Sequence record: DRR723986_2456 | Length of the DNA stretch: 64,000 nucleotides | Direction: 5' to 3' (one strand) | Notes under the pieces: model-generated | Told to the model about the DNA's origin: nothing | The model's database searches: none | Seen by the model: only the letters and a program-made list of their open reading frames with translations | Made by a program: the position numbers and the translations under genes | Shown here: in pieces, positions 28,224-37,946 of the stretch | How the letters are laid out: every line of letters begins with the position of its first letter | Position numbering within the stretch: the stretch's first letter is position 1

Positions 28224-29003
28224 ATGAAAAGAACCACATTTGCGCTGCTGTCGATGATGGCAGCGAGCGGATCTGTACTTGCCGTTGAAAACTGGCAGGG
28301 ACTCTACACCGACCTACGCGCAGGCGCGGGTTTTAATCCAGGCGACAATGGTGAGTTGGAATTTCGCCGCGCAGATGGCAGCGACAACCGCGCGGCAATA
28401 GACAGCGCCTTTGGCGATAACTTCAACGGAGAATTTAACGCGGGCAGCTTACTGGGCGCCGCGATCGGCTATAAATTCCAGCAAGATCGCTGGGTCTATG
28501 GCGCCGAATTCAGCCTTTCCTCAGCTGATTTATCGCAGGATCAAAGCGCCTTCTCGGCCACGCCCGCCACGTATGTCGAGCGCCGGGAAATCGACCTACT
28601 CACCCATGCCTCGTTCAACATCGGCTATGCGAGCGAGCTGCCTATTCTGCCCTTCTTCAGCTTCGGCGCGTCCTATGGCGACGTCGATTACAGCTGGCAG
28701 GGTAACTCCGGCGCTTTTCGTGGTGACAACGGCAAGGATGACCGCAACATTGGTTACCACGTTGGTATTGGCGTTGAAGTGAAGCTTAACGGGCCGCTGT
28801 CGCTCACCTTCGAATATCAATATGTCGACCTCGGCGATGCTGACTTCTCCACCAACTTCAGCGGCGAGCAGGACTTACTGGGGCAGAATAACGGCGCCTT
28901 CAACGCCTTTGGCAATGCCGCCTCCGGGGGCACCAACGCACGGGGCAGCGACGACGACTTCGATTTTCAAACGGTCGGGGCGGCGCTGCGCTACCGCTTC
29001 TAA
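28224..29003 (+). CDS. outer membrane beta-barrel protein
   Basis: Signal peptide, amphipathic strands, EYQYVDLG, C-terminal LRYRF. Confidence 0.85.
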   Translation: MKRTTFALLSMMAASGSVLAVENWQGLYTDLRAGAGFNPGDNGELEFRRADGSDNRAAIDSAFGDNFNGEFNAGSLLGAAIGYKFQQDRWVYGAEFSLSSADLSQDQSAFSATPATYVERREIDLLTHASFNIGYASELPILPFFSFGASYGDVDYSWQGNSGAFRGDNGKDDRNIGYHVGIGVEVKLNGPLSLTFEYQYVDLGDADFSTNFSGEQDLLGQNNGAFNAFGNAASGGTNARGSDDDFDFQTVGAALRYRF

Positions 29004-29024
29004 GGCGTCTCTCCAGGCAGCGTG

Positions 29025-29321
29025 TCACGAACCGGCACGCTGCTTGGCCACCCACCTCACATGCTTGGCTATCGCCTCATCATCACGCAAGGCCTCTATG
29101 CTTGAAAACCGTTGCCCGAGAGTCAGCTCATCATAAAGCTGGTGGATACCGCTGTGGCATGGGCGACACAGCCATACCCCGGTATTTAATTCATTGCGGT
29201 TAAAGCGCTTGTAAAAGCGTGGCCGACGGTGGAGTTTTCGAGGGATCAAATGGTGAAACGTCAGCGCCACCTGCCTTTCGCAAAGCTGACACAGTTGTTG
29301 GGCGGGACGGCGTCGAGGCAT
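29025..29321 (-). CDS. small zinc-binding HNH-like protein (YisB-like)
   Basis: CQLCER, HHLIPR, LCRPCHSGIH. Confidence 0.75.
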   Translation of the reverse strand: MPRRRPAQQLCQLCERQVALTFHHLIPRKLHRRPRFYKRFNRNELNTGVWLCRPCHSGIHQLYDELTLGQRFSSIEALRDDEAIAKHVRWVAKQRAGS

Positions 29322-29335
29322 TGATATTTAACCCC

Positions 29336-29360
29336 AAAAAAAAGCCCCTGGGGGAGGGGC
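29336..29360 (-). terminator. intrinsic terminator with no convincing upstream CDS
   Basis: Minus strand GCCCCT-CCCCC-AGGGGC followed by eight T. Confidence 0.75.
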
Positions 29361-29559
29361 AAGAAGCAGGATCATGAAAAGCAACTACTCTTATGCGAAA
29401 TCCGCCCCTTTGGATCACCACTGACAACGTGTGCTAACGCACAACTTACCCAGCGCGACGACAAGCGCCCACCACTACTGCACTAAATTGTCTACTCGGT
29501 CACTTACACAGCGCGAGGCAACTCTTAGTATTGCCGCCTCTATTTTCCAGGCTGGCCCA

Positions 29560-30636
29560 GTGACTTCTCCAACAACATCTCAGCACCATATCGCTCATCT
29601 GCACGCTTTTCGCGGTTTCGCCATTTTGAATGTGATCGGCGCCCACGCCTGGACATCGCTAATGTTCCGGGTTGGGGGCTACGAAATGGCCGACAGCATG
29701 CGGCCACTGTATTCATTGATCCAGACCGTTTTCCACGATGCCACGCTGTATTTTGCGGTGATATCGGGCCTGCTGTTTACCAAAGTGTTGCGCGGCCGAC
29801 CCTGGGCAAACTTTTACCGCGCCAAGCTTAAGAACGTCATCCTGCCGTATGCCGTTTTGAGCGTGTTCTTTTTAACGGCACTGTGGGATTGGTATGTTGG
29901 CTACGCTGCCGACAACGGCTTGCCCACCGACTACGCCACCGCCCTGCTACGCGGCTTGCTACTCGGGCAAACACTGCCCCAGTTTTGGTATATCCCGGTG
30001 CTGGCAGTGCTGTTTGTGATCACGCCGATATTGGACGCACTTATCCAACACCCACAACGTCGCTGGCTGGCCGTAGCGCTGGTTATTCTGCCTTTGTTTA
30101 TCTCGCGCACGGGCATGGCGAATTCAGTCAGTGTGCAGACGATTGTCTATTTTAGCGGTGCCTACCTCTGCGGGATGTTGATGGGCCAACACTATGAAGC
30201 CGTTCAGGCTGCCATCACCCGCAACACTCTCAATCTATTCTTACTGGTATTGGCAAGCTCGGCGGCACTATTCGCTCTCTATGCCAACGGCTATAAAAGC
30301 AGTGGCTGGCTGTCGTACACCGAAAGCCTGTTCTACATACAAAAGCTGGCGATCACCGCGCTGATTCTGCATACCTTCCTTTGCCTGGAGGGCGGCTTAC
30401 CAAAGCTGTTGCACACGCTGGGCGACTACGCGTTCGCGATTTACTTCTTGCACTTAGTGTTTATCTTTTTACTGGCACAACTGCTCGTCGAGCCACTGCG
30501 AGCGCATCTGCACAGCGGCTGGATGTTCGCCGGGGGGCTATTGGTCATGGTGGGCAGTGCGGCATTGACCCTTGGCGCCAGCGCAATGTTAAAACGCTTG
30601 CTCGGCAGGTATTCAAGGATGATCATAGGAAGCTAA
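29560..30636 (+). CDS. acyltransferase family 3 membrane protein
   Basis: HAFRGFAIL..IGAH, FAVISG, FWYIP, GDYAFAIYFLH; about 10 TM; start uncertain. Confidence 0.88.
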   Translation: MTSPTTSQHHIAHLHAFRGFAILNVIGAHAWTSLMFRVGGYEMADSMRPLYSLIQTVFHDATLYFAVISGLLFTKVLRGRPWANFYRAKLKNVILPYAVLSVFFLTALWDWYVGYAADNGLPTDYATALLRGLLLGQTLPQFWYIPVLAVLFVITPILDALIQHPQRRWLAVALVILPLFISRTGMANSVSVQTIVYFSGAYLCGMLMGQHYEAVQAAITRNTLNLFLLVLASSAALFALYANGYKSSGWLSYTESLFYIQKLAITALILHTFLCLEGGLPKLLHTLGDYAFAIYFLHLVFIFLLAQLLVEPLRAHLHSGWMFAGGLLVMVGSAALTLGASAMLKRLLGRYSRMIIGS

Positions 30637-30666
30637 CGCAGCCAAAACGTAAGCAAGGGAGTTGCT

Positions 30667-31545
30667 ATGCGCTATGTATCGCGCGGCCTTGCCGCTTTCA
30701 TAATCGCCCTGATGGCCGCACTCAGCGCGCTCGCTGAACCGCCAACACCAAGCCCGCAAGCCTACCGCGATGGTTTGTATTGGCTGCCAGACCTACCCTA
30801 CGGCGACCACCCTCGTCAGCGCATGGATATCTATTTACCCAGTGTGACTCAGGGCGCACCAGTGATCGCAATGGTGCACGGCGGCGCGTGGCGTTTCGGC
30901 GACAAACGTCACCGCGCCGTGGTTAAGCACAAGCTGGCTCACTGGTCATCAAAGGGCTTTATTTTTGCGTCGATCAATTACCGGCTTTTGCCGGATGCCG
31001 ACCCAGGCGTTCAGCGCGACGATATCGCCCGCGCCCTCGCTCACTTGCAAACCACCGTTGGTCAATTGGGCGGCGACGCCGAACGCCTGATATTGATAGG
31101 GCATTCTGCCGGCGGCCATCTTGCCGCTTTACTCGCCGCACGCCCCGATATTGCCTATGCCGCTGGCGCCACGCCGTGGCGAGCGACCATCGTCCTCGAC
31201 AGCGCCGCCGTCGACCTGGAAACGCTAATGGGCGCACCGCATGCCAAACTCTACGACGCCGCTTTTGGCGATGAGCCCAAGCATTGGCAGCGTCTGTCAC
31301 CGCTTCGCCAATTACAGCCCAACGCCCGCGACTTTTTGCTGATCTGCTCCCAGCGTCGCGACAATGCCTGCCCCGCCGCGCAGCGCTTCGCTACCGCAGC
31401 AGAGGCGGCCGGCAGCCACGCCGAGGTCAGCCCTCAGCCATATACACACACGGGAATCAATGCGCGCCTGGGCCAGGCAAACGCCTACACAAGCGCGGTA
31501 GATGCCTTCATTCAAAGGCAGCTGTCGGGGCGCGATAAGCGCTAG
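30667..31545 (+). CDS. exported alpha/beta hydrolase (esterase, HSL-like)
   Basis: Signal peptide, HGGAW, INYRL, GHSAGG. Confidence 0.88.
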   Translation: MRYVSRGLAAFIIALMAALSALAEPPTPSPQAYRDGLYWLPDLPYGDHPRQRMDIYLPSVTQGAPVIAMVHGGAWRFGDKRHRAVVKHKLAHWSSKGFIFASINYRLLPDADPGVQRDDIARALAHLQTTVGQLGGDAERLILIGHSAGGHLAALLAARPDIAYAAGATPWRATIVLDSAAVDLETLMGAPHAKLYDAAFGDEPKHWQRLSPLRQLQPNARDFLLICSQRRDNACPAAQRFATAAEAAGSHAEVSPQPYTHTGINARLGQANAYTSAVDAFIQRQLSGRDKR

Positions 31546-32384
31546 TCAAAGTCCACGGCGCTGTGACGTTCTGCCATTTGCTCCTCTTCCGGCCCCCACA
31601 CGCGGTTTACGCGGCGACCGCGCTGCACCGCCGGGCGCTCAGAAATTTGCTCGGCCCAACGCACAACATGGGTATATGAGGTGACATCGAGAAACTCTGC
31701 CGCATCGTAGAGGTGGCCCAGCACCAGGGCGCCGTACCATGGGAAGGTGGCAATATCAGCAATCGTGTACTCGTCGCCGCACAGGTAGGTATTCTCAGCC
31801 AGGCGCTTATCCAGCACATCCAACTGGCGCTTCACCTCCATGGTGTAGCGTTCAATGGGGTATTCCAGTTTCTCCGGAGCATAGGCGTAGAAGTGACCAA
31901 AGCCCCCCCCCAGGAAAGGCGCACTGCCCATTTGCCACATCAACCAGGACTGACACTCGGCGCGCGTCGCCACATCTTTCGGGTAAAAAGCGTCAAACTT
32001 TTCAGCGAGGTAGAGCAGAATCGCGCCGGATTCAAACACCCGCGTTGGCGGCGTTGTACCGCGGTCCAATAAGGCCGGTATTTTTGAGTTGGGATTGATA
32101 TCGACAAAGCCACTGGAGAACTGGTCGCCCTCCATAATATTCACCAGATAGGCGTTGTATTCAGCCTTACTGATACCCAGCTCAAGTAGCTCTTCGAGCA
32201 TCACCGTCACTTTCACGCCATTGGGGGTTGCCAGCGAGTAAAGCTGCAAATCGTGGTTGCCGCTGGGCAGGGCTTTTTCGTGCGTCGCACCGGAGATCGG
32301 CCGGTTAATATTGGCAAACTTGCCGCCACTTTCACTGTTCCATGTCCAGACTTTGGGGGGGACATAGGGCTTGGATTCCGACAT
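31542..32384 (-). CDS. yghU: glutathione-dependent disulfide-bond oxidoreductase YghU
   Basis: YVPPKVWTW, INRPISGATH, ATPNGVK, INPNSKIPAL, ERHSAVDFD. Confidence 0.92.
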   Translation of the reverse strand: MSESKPYVPPKVWTWNSESGGKFANINRPISGATHEKALPSGNHDLQLYSLATPNGVKVTVMLEELLELGISKAEYNAYLVNIMEGDQFSSGFVDINPNSKIPALLDRGTTPPTRVFESGAILLYLAEKFDAFYPKDVATRAECQSWLMWQMGSAPFLGGGFGHFYAYAPEKLEYPIERYTMEVKRQLDVLDKRLAENTYLCGDEYTIADIATFPWYGALVLGHLYDAAEFLDVTSYTHVVRWAEQISERPAVQRGRRVNRVWGPEEEQMAERHSAVDFD

Positions 32385-32504
32385 ACACACATTCTCCACG
32401 TTGTTGTAGTAATGGCTCACCGCAGCACCTCGCGGTGAGCCTACCTTGCCACAATAGATGCAAGAGTACATAGCTTGTTACATCTCTCGTACTCCGGCTT
32501 TCTG

Positions 32505-33410
32505 CTATGACCGCGTGTCCATGACCGTGTTCATCGGCGAGCGCTGACGCCACAAGCCCTGGTGAACGGCCAAGGCGGTAATAATCATGCCCGCGCCCAG
32601 TAGCATCGCTGGCGTGATCGCCTCGTCGACGACCACACTGCCAATGGCCAGCGCCAGCACCGGCGACACCAAGGGAATCAACGACACGGTTTCCACTGGC
32701 ATGACTTTCAGAATGTAGTAATAGGCAACAAAGCCCACCAACGACGCAAACAAGGCAAGGTACAGCAGGGATGCCAGCGACACAGCACTGAACACCAGTG
32801 GCTCAAAGCCAACCCACAGCCACCAGCTCAACAACATACCGGGCAACGCGAAGGCCATTGCACCCAGTGCCTGCTCCACCGGCGACACAACGATGGTAGC
32901 GTTGAGCTTTTTCACCCACACGGCGCTGCCCGAGAACAGTAAATTAGACAGCAGCATTAGCGCGATACCGGTGTAGCTGTCGCCGGTGATTACCACATCG
33001 TCGGCCAGAATACACAGCAAGCCCAGCGCTGCCAGCGCAATGGCAAACAGCTTGCGCGGCACCAACATGCGCTCCCCCAACATCGGCCACGCCAGCGCCG
33101 CTGTAAAAAACGGCGACAAGCCAAACATCAGTGCGATCAGTCCCGAGGGAATATATTGCGCAGCCAAGTACACCAACGCCATATTGGGAAACAAGCTGAT
33201 GGATGCGGCGAAGTAAAGCTTCCAGTGGCGGCGAATATTTAAACCCGCCACACCAAACAGTGTGCACAGCGCACTGCCGACAAAAAACGCGATAAGAATA
33301 CGCAGGCTCAACGCCGCGATGGGGGCCAACGAATCGCCACCGAGTTTTATCGACAGTGGCGTCGTCGCCCAGATAAGAATAACCAGTAGATAGACAAACC
33401 GTACAAGCAT
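32505..33410 (-). CDS. DMT/EamA family transporter
   Basis: IWATTPL, 10-TM two-repeat pattern, SLLYLALFASLVGF. Confidence 0.9.
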   Translation of the reverse strand: MLVRFVYLLVILIWATTPLSIKLGGDSLAPIAALSLRILIAFFVGSALCTLFGVAGLNIRRHWKLYFAASISLFPNMALVYLAAQYIPSGLIALMFGLSPFFTAALAWPMLGERMLVPRKLFAIALAALGLLCILADDVVITGDSYTGIALMLLSNLLFSGSAVWVKKLNATIVVSPVEQALGAMAFALPGMLLSWWLWVGFEPLVFSAVSLASLLYLALFASLVGFVAYYYILKVMPVETVSLIPLVSPVLALAIGSVVVDEAITPAMLLGAGMIITALAVHQGLWRQRSPMNTVMDTRS

Positions 33411-33459
33411 GGCGCTTTACTCACGTATTTGCCGAGACATGTCCCCGAGGCCCACAACG

Positions 33460-33493
33460 AAAAAGGCCGCAGATGAAATGTCTGCGGCCTTTT
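33460..33493 (-). terminator. terminator in the 5' leader of the DMT gene (possible attenuator)
   Basis: AAAAGGCCGCAGA/TCTGCGGCCTTTT stem followed by T-rich tail on the minus strand, 50 nt before the start codon. Confidence 0.75.
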
Positions 33494-33818
33494 GGAATTG
33501 GGTATTTTCTAACCTTGTATCAATTCTCCGCCGCACACCATCGCGCCACACGCACAATACGGCGCATGGCAGCGAGAAATTTGGCGAAACACCACTGATA
33601 CATAATTTACATACTACATTCGTTAGTAACGCCATCACTATATGCCAGCGGCTTCCGTCGGCGCAAGACCTCTGAAGCACAAAGACAACTAACGATGATG
33701 GCATGCCGCTTACGCCCATCGCCAACGGCAGCCCCCACCCCCTATCCACCCACCCCCGCTTCCATCATCTGACATGCCATTCTTAACGCAAGAAACGAAC
33801 AGGCCACACCGAGAAACC

Positions 33819-33954
33819 GATGACATTTTTCATCATTAACATCAATATTGATGAAATAAAGAATCAACACAACAAAAGGACAGATAGCATGGATTAAAAA
33901 TAGACATAAAAATCAATAGGTTAAGAAAATAACGAGTTTGGCATAGCTATTGCT
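33819..33954 (+). promoter_or_regulatory. sigma54 promoter with IHF site and candidate upstream activator sites
   Basis: TGGCAT-AGCTA-TTGCT 33939-33954; AATCAATAGGTTA 33911-33923 fits WATCAANNNNTTR; palindrome GATGA-N6-TCATC 33819-33834 and a related site at 33849-33866. Confidence 0.85.
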
Positions 33955-33999
33955 ATTACCGCTCTAACGATAAGATTAATTCAGTCTAAGGTTTGTACC

Positions 34000-35148
34000 A
34001 TGAAGGTTTCTCGCTTCCGCTCTGCCCGCCAACTACTCACTGGCGAAGGCGCAACCGAACAATTACCCCAACACCTCAGCGCGCTGAATATCCACACCCC
34101 CTTGCTTGTCACTGACAAAGGTGTGCGCGACTCCGGCAGCCTGACACTAATCAGCCAACACCTGACCGAGGGTAGCTTCAGTATTTTTGACCAAGTGCCG
34201 CCAGAACCAGAGGTGGACATTGTGAAGGCCTGTGCAGCCGCTTTTAAACACGGCCAGCACGACGGCATCCTGGCAGTGGGCGGCGGCAGCGCGATGGACA
34301 TTGCCAAGTGCACCGCGGTGTATGTAGACCACGGCGGTGAGCTGGAAGACTTATTCGGCGAAGACCAGGTACGCCAGCGCCGTGTTCCCTTGCTCGCGAT
34401 TCCCACCACCGCAGGCACGGGATCAGAAGTGACCAACATCGCTATTTTGTCGGACCCCGAAGCCCAACTTAAGAAGGGCATTGTCAGCGACCACCTACTG
34501 CCCGACTTGGCGATAGTCTCCCCGGAAATGACCCTGAGCTGCCCGCCACCGGTAACCGCCGCGAGTGGCGTTGATGCGCTGGTGCATGCCCTGGAAGCCT
34601 ACCTGTCGAACTTTGCCAGCGATATCACCGACGCCCTCGCCATTAAAGCGATGACGCTGATCATTAACGCCCTGCCCAAGGCCTATGCCCAGGCCGATAA
34701 CCTCAGCGCCCGCGAAGCAATGGCCACCGGCAGTCTGCTGGCAGGCCTTGCCTTTGGTAATGCGGGTGTCGGCGCGGTGCACGCCCTCGCCTATCCACTG
34801 GGCGGCCGCTACCACATCTCCCACGGCGTCAGTAACGCCCTGCTGCTACCCCACGTGATGGAGGTGAACAAAATGGCCTGCATTGAACGCTTTAGCGATA
34901 TCGCCGCAGCTTTCGGCGCGCCGGTTCATCAACTCAGCCACCAGCAAGCCGCCGACTATGTGCTAGAGCGTCTTTACACGCTGTGCAGCGATGTGAACAT
35001 TCCCGCCCGCCTTCGCGACCTGAGCATTCCTGAAGCCGACTTACCCCAGCTGGCAGAGGAGGCCTTCGGCGTAAAGCGCCTGCTGCGCAACAACCCCCGA
35101 GACCTGAGCGTCAGTGAGATCCTCGGCATCTACCAAGCCGCGTACTAA
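34000..35148 (+). CDS. iron-containing alcohol dehydrogenase
   Basis: GGGSAMD, IPTTAGTGSEVT, DALVHALE, HALAYPLG..HISHG. Confidence 0.93.
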   Translation: MKVSRFRSARQLLTGEGATEQLPQHLSALNIHTPLLVTDKGVRDSGSLTLISQHLTEGSFSIFDQVPPEPEVDIVKACAAAFKHGQHDGILAVGGGSAMDIAKCTAVYVDHGGELEDLFGEDQVRQRRVPLLAIPTTAGTGSEVTNIAILSDPEAQLKKGIVSDHLLPDLAIVSPEMTLSCPPPVTAASGVDALVHALEAYLSNFASDITDALAIKAMTLIINALPKAYAQADNLSAREAMATGSLLAGLAFGNAGVGAVHALAYPLGGRYHISHGVSNALLLPHVMEVNKMACIERFSDIAAAFGAPVHQLSHQQAADYVLERLYTLCSDVNIPARLRDLSIPEADLPQLAEEAFGVKRLLRNNPRDLSVSEILGIYQAAY

Positions 35149-35189
35149 GCGCCTCACCGCGATCCAATAAAACAATAAAGGGACTCACC

Positions 35190-36575
35190 ATGACTGCATG
35201 GCAACAACGACGCGACGGCGATGAATCGCCGTACATTCCCCTTGGCCCTTTCAAGCTAAGGCTGCCATTTATCCACTACCGCTTTGAGCTGCCCGACTAC
35301 CTGCAGGGCCTGCTGATGTGCGCGGTAGATCTCGCGGCCATCCCGCTGATGGTCGAGCTGCTGGGCATGCCCTTTGAAGCAGCAATCGCCATCGTGATGC
35401 TCAACGGCCTGTTCTATCTGCTTCACCACCTGCTTGGCGACCCAGTAATCCCCGGCTGGATCACGCCTGCCATTCCTTTGCTGATCGCCTATGTGGAAAC
35501 CTTTGCGCCGGGCAGCGACCGCGTTCACGCCTTGATCGCCTTTCAGATGATGCTGGGGATATTCGCACTAACGCTGGGAAGAACCCGGCTAGCGGCAAAG
35601 GTTGTTCACATGATCCCCGCGGCAATCAAGTCGGGCATTATCATGGGGGCCGGCATTGCCGCCATCGCCATTGTCTTTAAAGAAGGCGGCCGCTTTGACC
35701 AATACCCCATCACCATTAGCATTGCGGTGGGCATTGCGTTTTACCTGATTTTTTCCAAGCACTTTGCCACGCTTCGCCAACGCAGCCGCGGCTGGGCCAA
35801 CCTCGCCAAGCTGGGGATTTTCCCCATCATTGCCCTGGCCGTCGTTGTTGCACCGCTGGCCGGCGAAGCGCCGTGGCCCGATATTACCTGGGGCTTTACC
35901 CAACCCAACTTCGCCCTGATGTTCAGTGACTACACCGTGTTTGGCCTTGGCCTGCCACCGCTAGCCATGTTCGTCACTGCCCTGCCCACCGTTCTCGCTG
36001 CCTATATCGTGTTATTCGGCGATGTACTGCAAAGCAAGGCAATTCTCGCCGAGGCCGATGCGGTTCGCCAAGACGAAAAAATCGACTACGACCCCAACCG
36101 GGCGCACATGATTTTCGGCGGACGCAATTTTCTTATGAGCATACTCGGCCCCGATGTGGTGATGTGCGGCCCGCTGTGGGCGGCAATGCACGTGGTTATT
36201 GTTGAGCGCTACAAACAGGGCAAGGCGTCAATGAACTCCATCTTCGGCGGTTCGGGCTCCTTCCGCTGGGGAACCAACACCGGCCTTTTGCTGCTGCCAA
36301 TTGTCAGCCTTGTGCAACCCATTCTCGGTATCGCACTGGCGCTTACCTTACTAATACAGGGCTTTGTCAGCGTACGCATTGGTGTGATGGAAGCGCGCAG
36401 CCAGCGCGACCTCGGCATTGCCGGCGTCATCGCCGCCATCTTAACCATTAAAGGCGCCACCTGGGCGTTTGCCGCTGGCATCTTACTCACAGCGCTGATC
36501 TACGGCCGCAACTTTTTCAAAGGCGACGTCGACACCACGTTCACCAAAGACCAAAACGAGGTGAGCAATGGATAA
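35190..36575 (+). CDS. multi-pass membrane permease, family uncertain (NCS2/SLC23-like)
   Basis: More than 10 hydrophobic segments, PGWITPAIP; inside a catabolic operon. Confidence 0.7.
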   Translation: MTAWQQRRDGDESPYIPLGPFKLRLPFIHYRFELPDYLQGLLMCAVDLAAIPLMVELLGMPFEAAIAIVMLNGLFYLLHHLLGDPVIPGWITPAIPLLIAYVETFAPGSDRVHALIAFQMMLGIFALTLGRTRLAAKVVHMIPAAIKSGIIMGAGIAAIAIVFKEGGRFDQYPITISIAVGIAFYLIFSKHFATLRQRSRGWANLAKLGIFPIIALAVVVAPLAGEAPWPDITWGFTQPNFALMFSDYTVFGLGLPPLAMFVTALPTVLAAYIVLFGDVLQSKAILAEADAVRQDEKIDYDPNRAHMIFGGRNFLMSILGPDVVMCGPLWAAMHVVIVERYKQGKASMNSIFGGSGSFRWGTNTGLLLLPIVSLVQPILGIALALTLLIQGFVSVRIGVMEARSQRDLGIAGVIAAILTIKGATWAFAAGILLTALIYGRNFFKGDVDTTFTKDQNEVSNG

Positions 36576-37938
36576 GCTTGAGTTAGCGCTGCTGCAGCCA
36601 GTGCTCGACACCCTGCAAGACGGCGTGTACATCACCGACGAAAATGGCCTGACGCTCACCATAAACCGCGCCTACGAACGAATTACCGGCATCCAGCGGC
36701 ACAAAGTCGTTGGCAAACATATGACCGAGCTCGTCAAAGCGGGGTACATCTCCAAGTCCGTTTCGCTGGAAGTGATCCGCGAGCAGGAGCCGGTAACGCT
36801 GGTGCAAACCATTCACGACAGCCGCAAAATTGTGGTGAGTGGCAACCCTATGTTCAATGAACAGGGCGAGCTGCAATATGTGATTACCAATGTTCGCGAT
36901 ATCACCGAACTACTGAATGCCAAGCATGCCCAGGAGCAGCTTGAGCAAATTATTAACACCCGTCAGGAATACAGCCTAAAAGCGCCGGATACGGCCTTGG
37001 ATAGCAGCATTATTCTCAGCAACCGTTCCCAGGCGTGCTATGAGCTTGCCGAACGCATTGCACCAACACTGGTAAAAGTGCTGATACAAGGTGAGACCGG
37101 TACCGGCAAAACACTGCTGGCACAGTTTATCCATCAACACAGCGAACGCAGCGACGGGCCGTTCATCTCACTGAACTGCGCCGCCATGCCAGAAGGTTTG
37201 ATTGAAGCCGAGCTGTTTGGCTATGTGGCCGGTGCCTTTACCGGTGCCAGTAATCGCGGCAAGGACGGGCTGCTGGATATTGCCCACGGCGGCACGCTGT
37301 TCCTCGACGAGATTGGCGACCTGCCGCTGGCGCTGCAGGCAAAGCTGCTGAAAGTTGTTGAGGAAAATCGCTTCCTGCCGCTGGGCGCCACCCGCTTTAA
37401 AGATACCAATATTCGGCTGATCACCGCGACGCATCACGACTTGAAAGAGGCCGTTGCCCGCGGCCGATTCCGCGAAGACCTCTATTACCGCCTGTGTGTT
37501 GTGCCCATTACCTTGCCGCCGCTGCGCCAGCGCAAAGACGAGATCATTCCACTCCTCAACCACTACCTGCAATTTTTTGCCGAGCAATACCAGGTCACCA
37601 AACAACTAGACCCGGAAGCCGTTGAGCTACTGATCAATTACTCCTGGCCCGGCAATGTTCGCGAATTGATGAACCTTACCGAGCGGCTATTGCTCAGTGC
37701 CACGGGCGAGACCATCGGCCCCAACGACCTGCCCGCTGAGGTGCAACCCACGCTTCAACCTGGCGAGCCAGGCATTGCCGGCACTCTGAAAGAACAAGTT
37801 GCCGCACTGGAAAAACGCCTGATCACCACCGCACTGCAACAGCATCGCACCACCCGTGCAGCAGCGGCCTCTTTGGGTATAGACCAATCCACGCTGGTGA
37901 AGAAATCCCAGCGCTGGAAGACCGACGTGAACCAATAA
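36568..37938 (+). CDS. PAS-domain sigma54-dependent transcriptional activator
   Basis: PAS N-terminus, GETGTGKT, GAFTGA, LFLDEIGD, FREDLYYRL, WPGNVREL, C-terminal HTH. Confidence 0.95.
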   Translation: MDKLELALLQPVLDTLQDGVYITDENGLTLTINRAYERITGIQRHKVVGKHMTELVKAGYISKSVSLEVIREQEPVTLVQTIHDSRKIVVSGNPMFNEQGELQYVITNVRDITELLNAKHAQEQLEQIINTRQEYSLKAPDTALDSSIILSNRSQACYELAERIAPTLVKVLIQGETGTGKTLLAQFIHQHSERSDGPFISLNCAAMPEGLIEAELFGYVAGAFTGASNRGKDGLLDIAHGGTLFLDEIGDLPLALQAKLLKVVEENRFLPLGATRFKDTNIRLITATHHDLKEAVARGRFREDLYYRLCVVPITLPPLRQRKDEIIPLLNHYLQFFAEQYQVTKQLDPEAVELLINYSWPGNVRELMNLTERLLLSATGETIGPNDLPAEVQPTLQPGEPGIAGTLKEQVAALEKRLITTALQQHRTTRAAAASLGIDQSTLVKKSQRWKTDVNQ

Positions 37939-37946
37939 CTCAGGAT

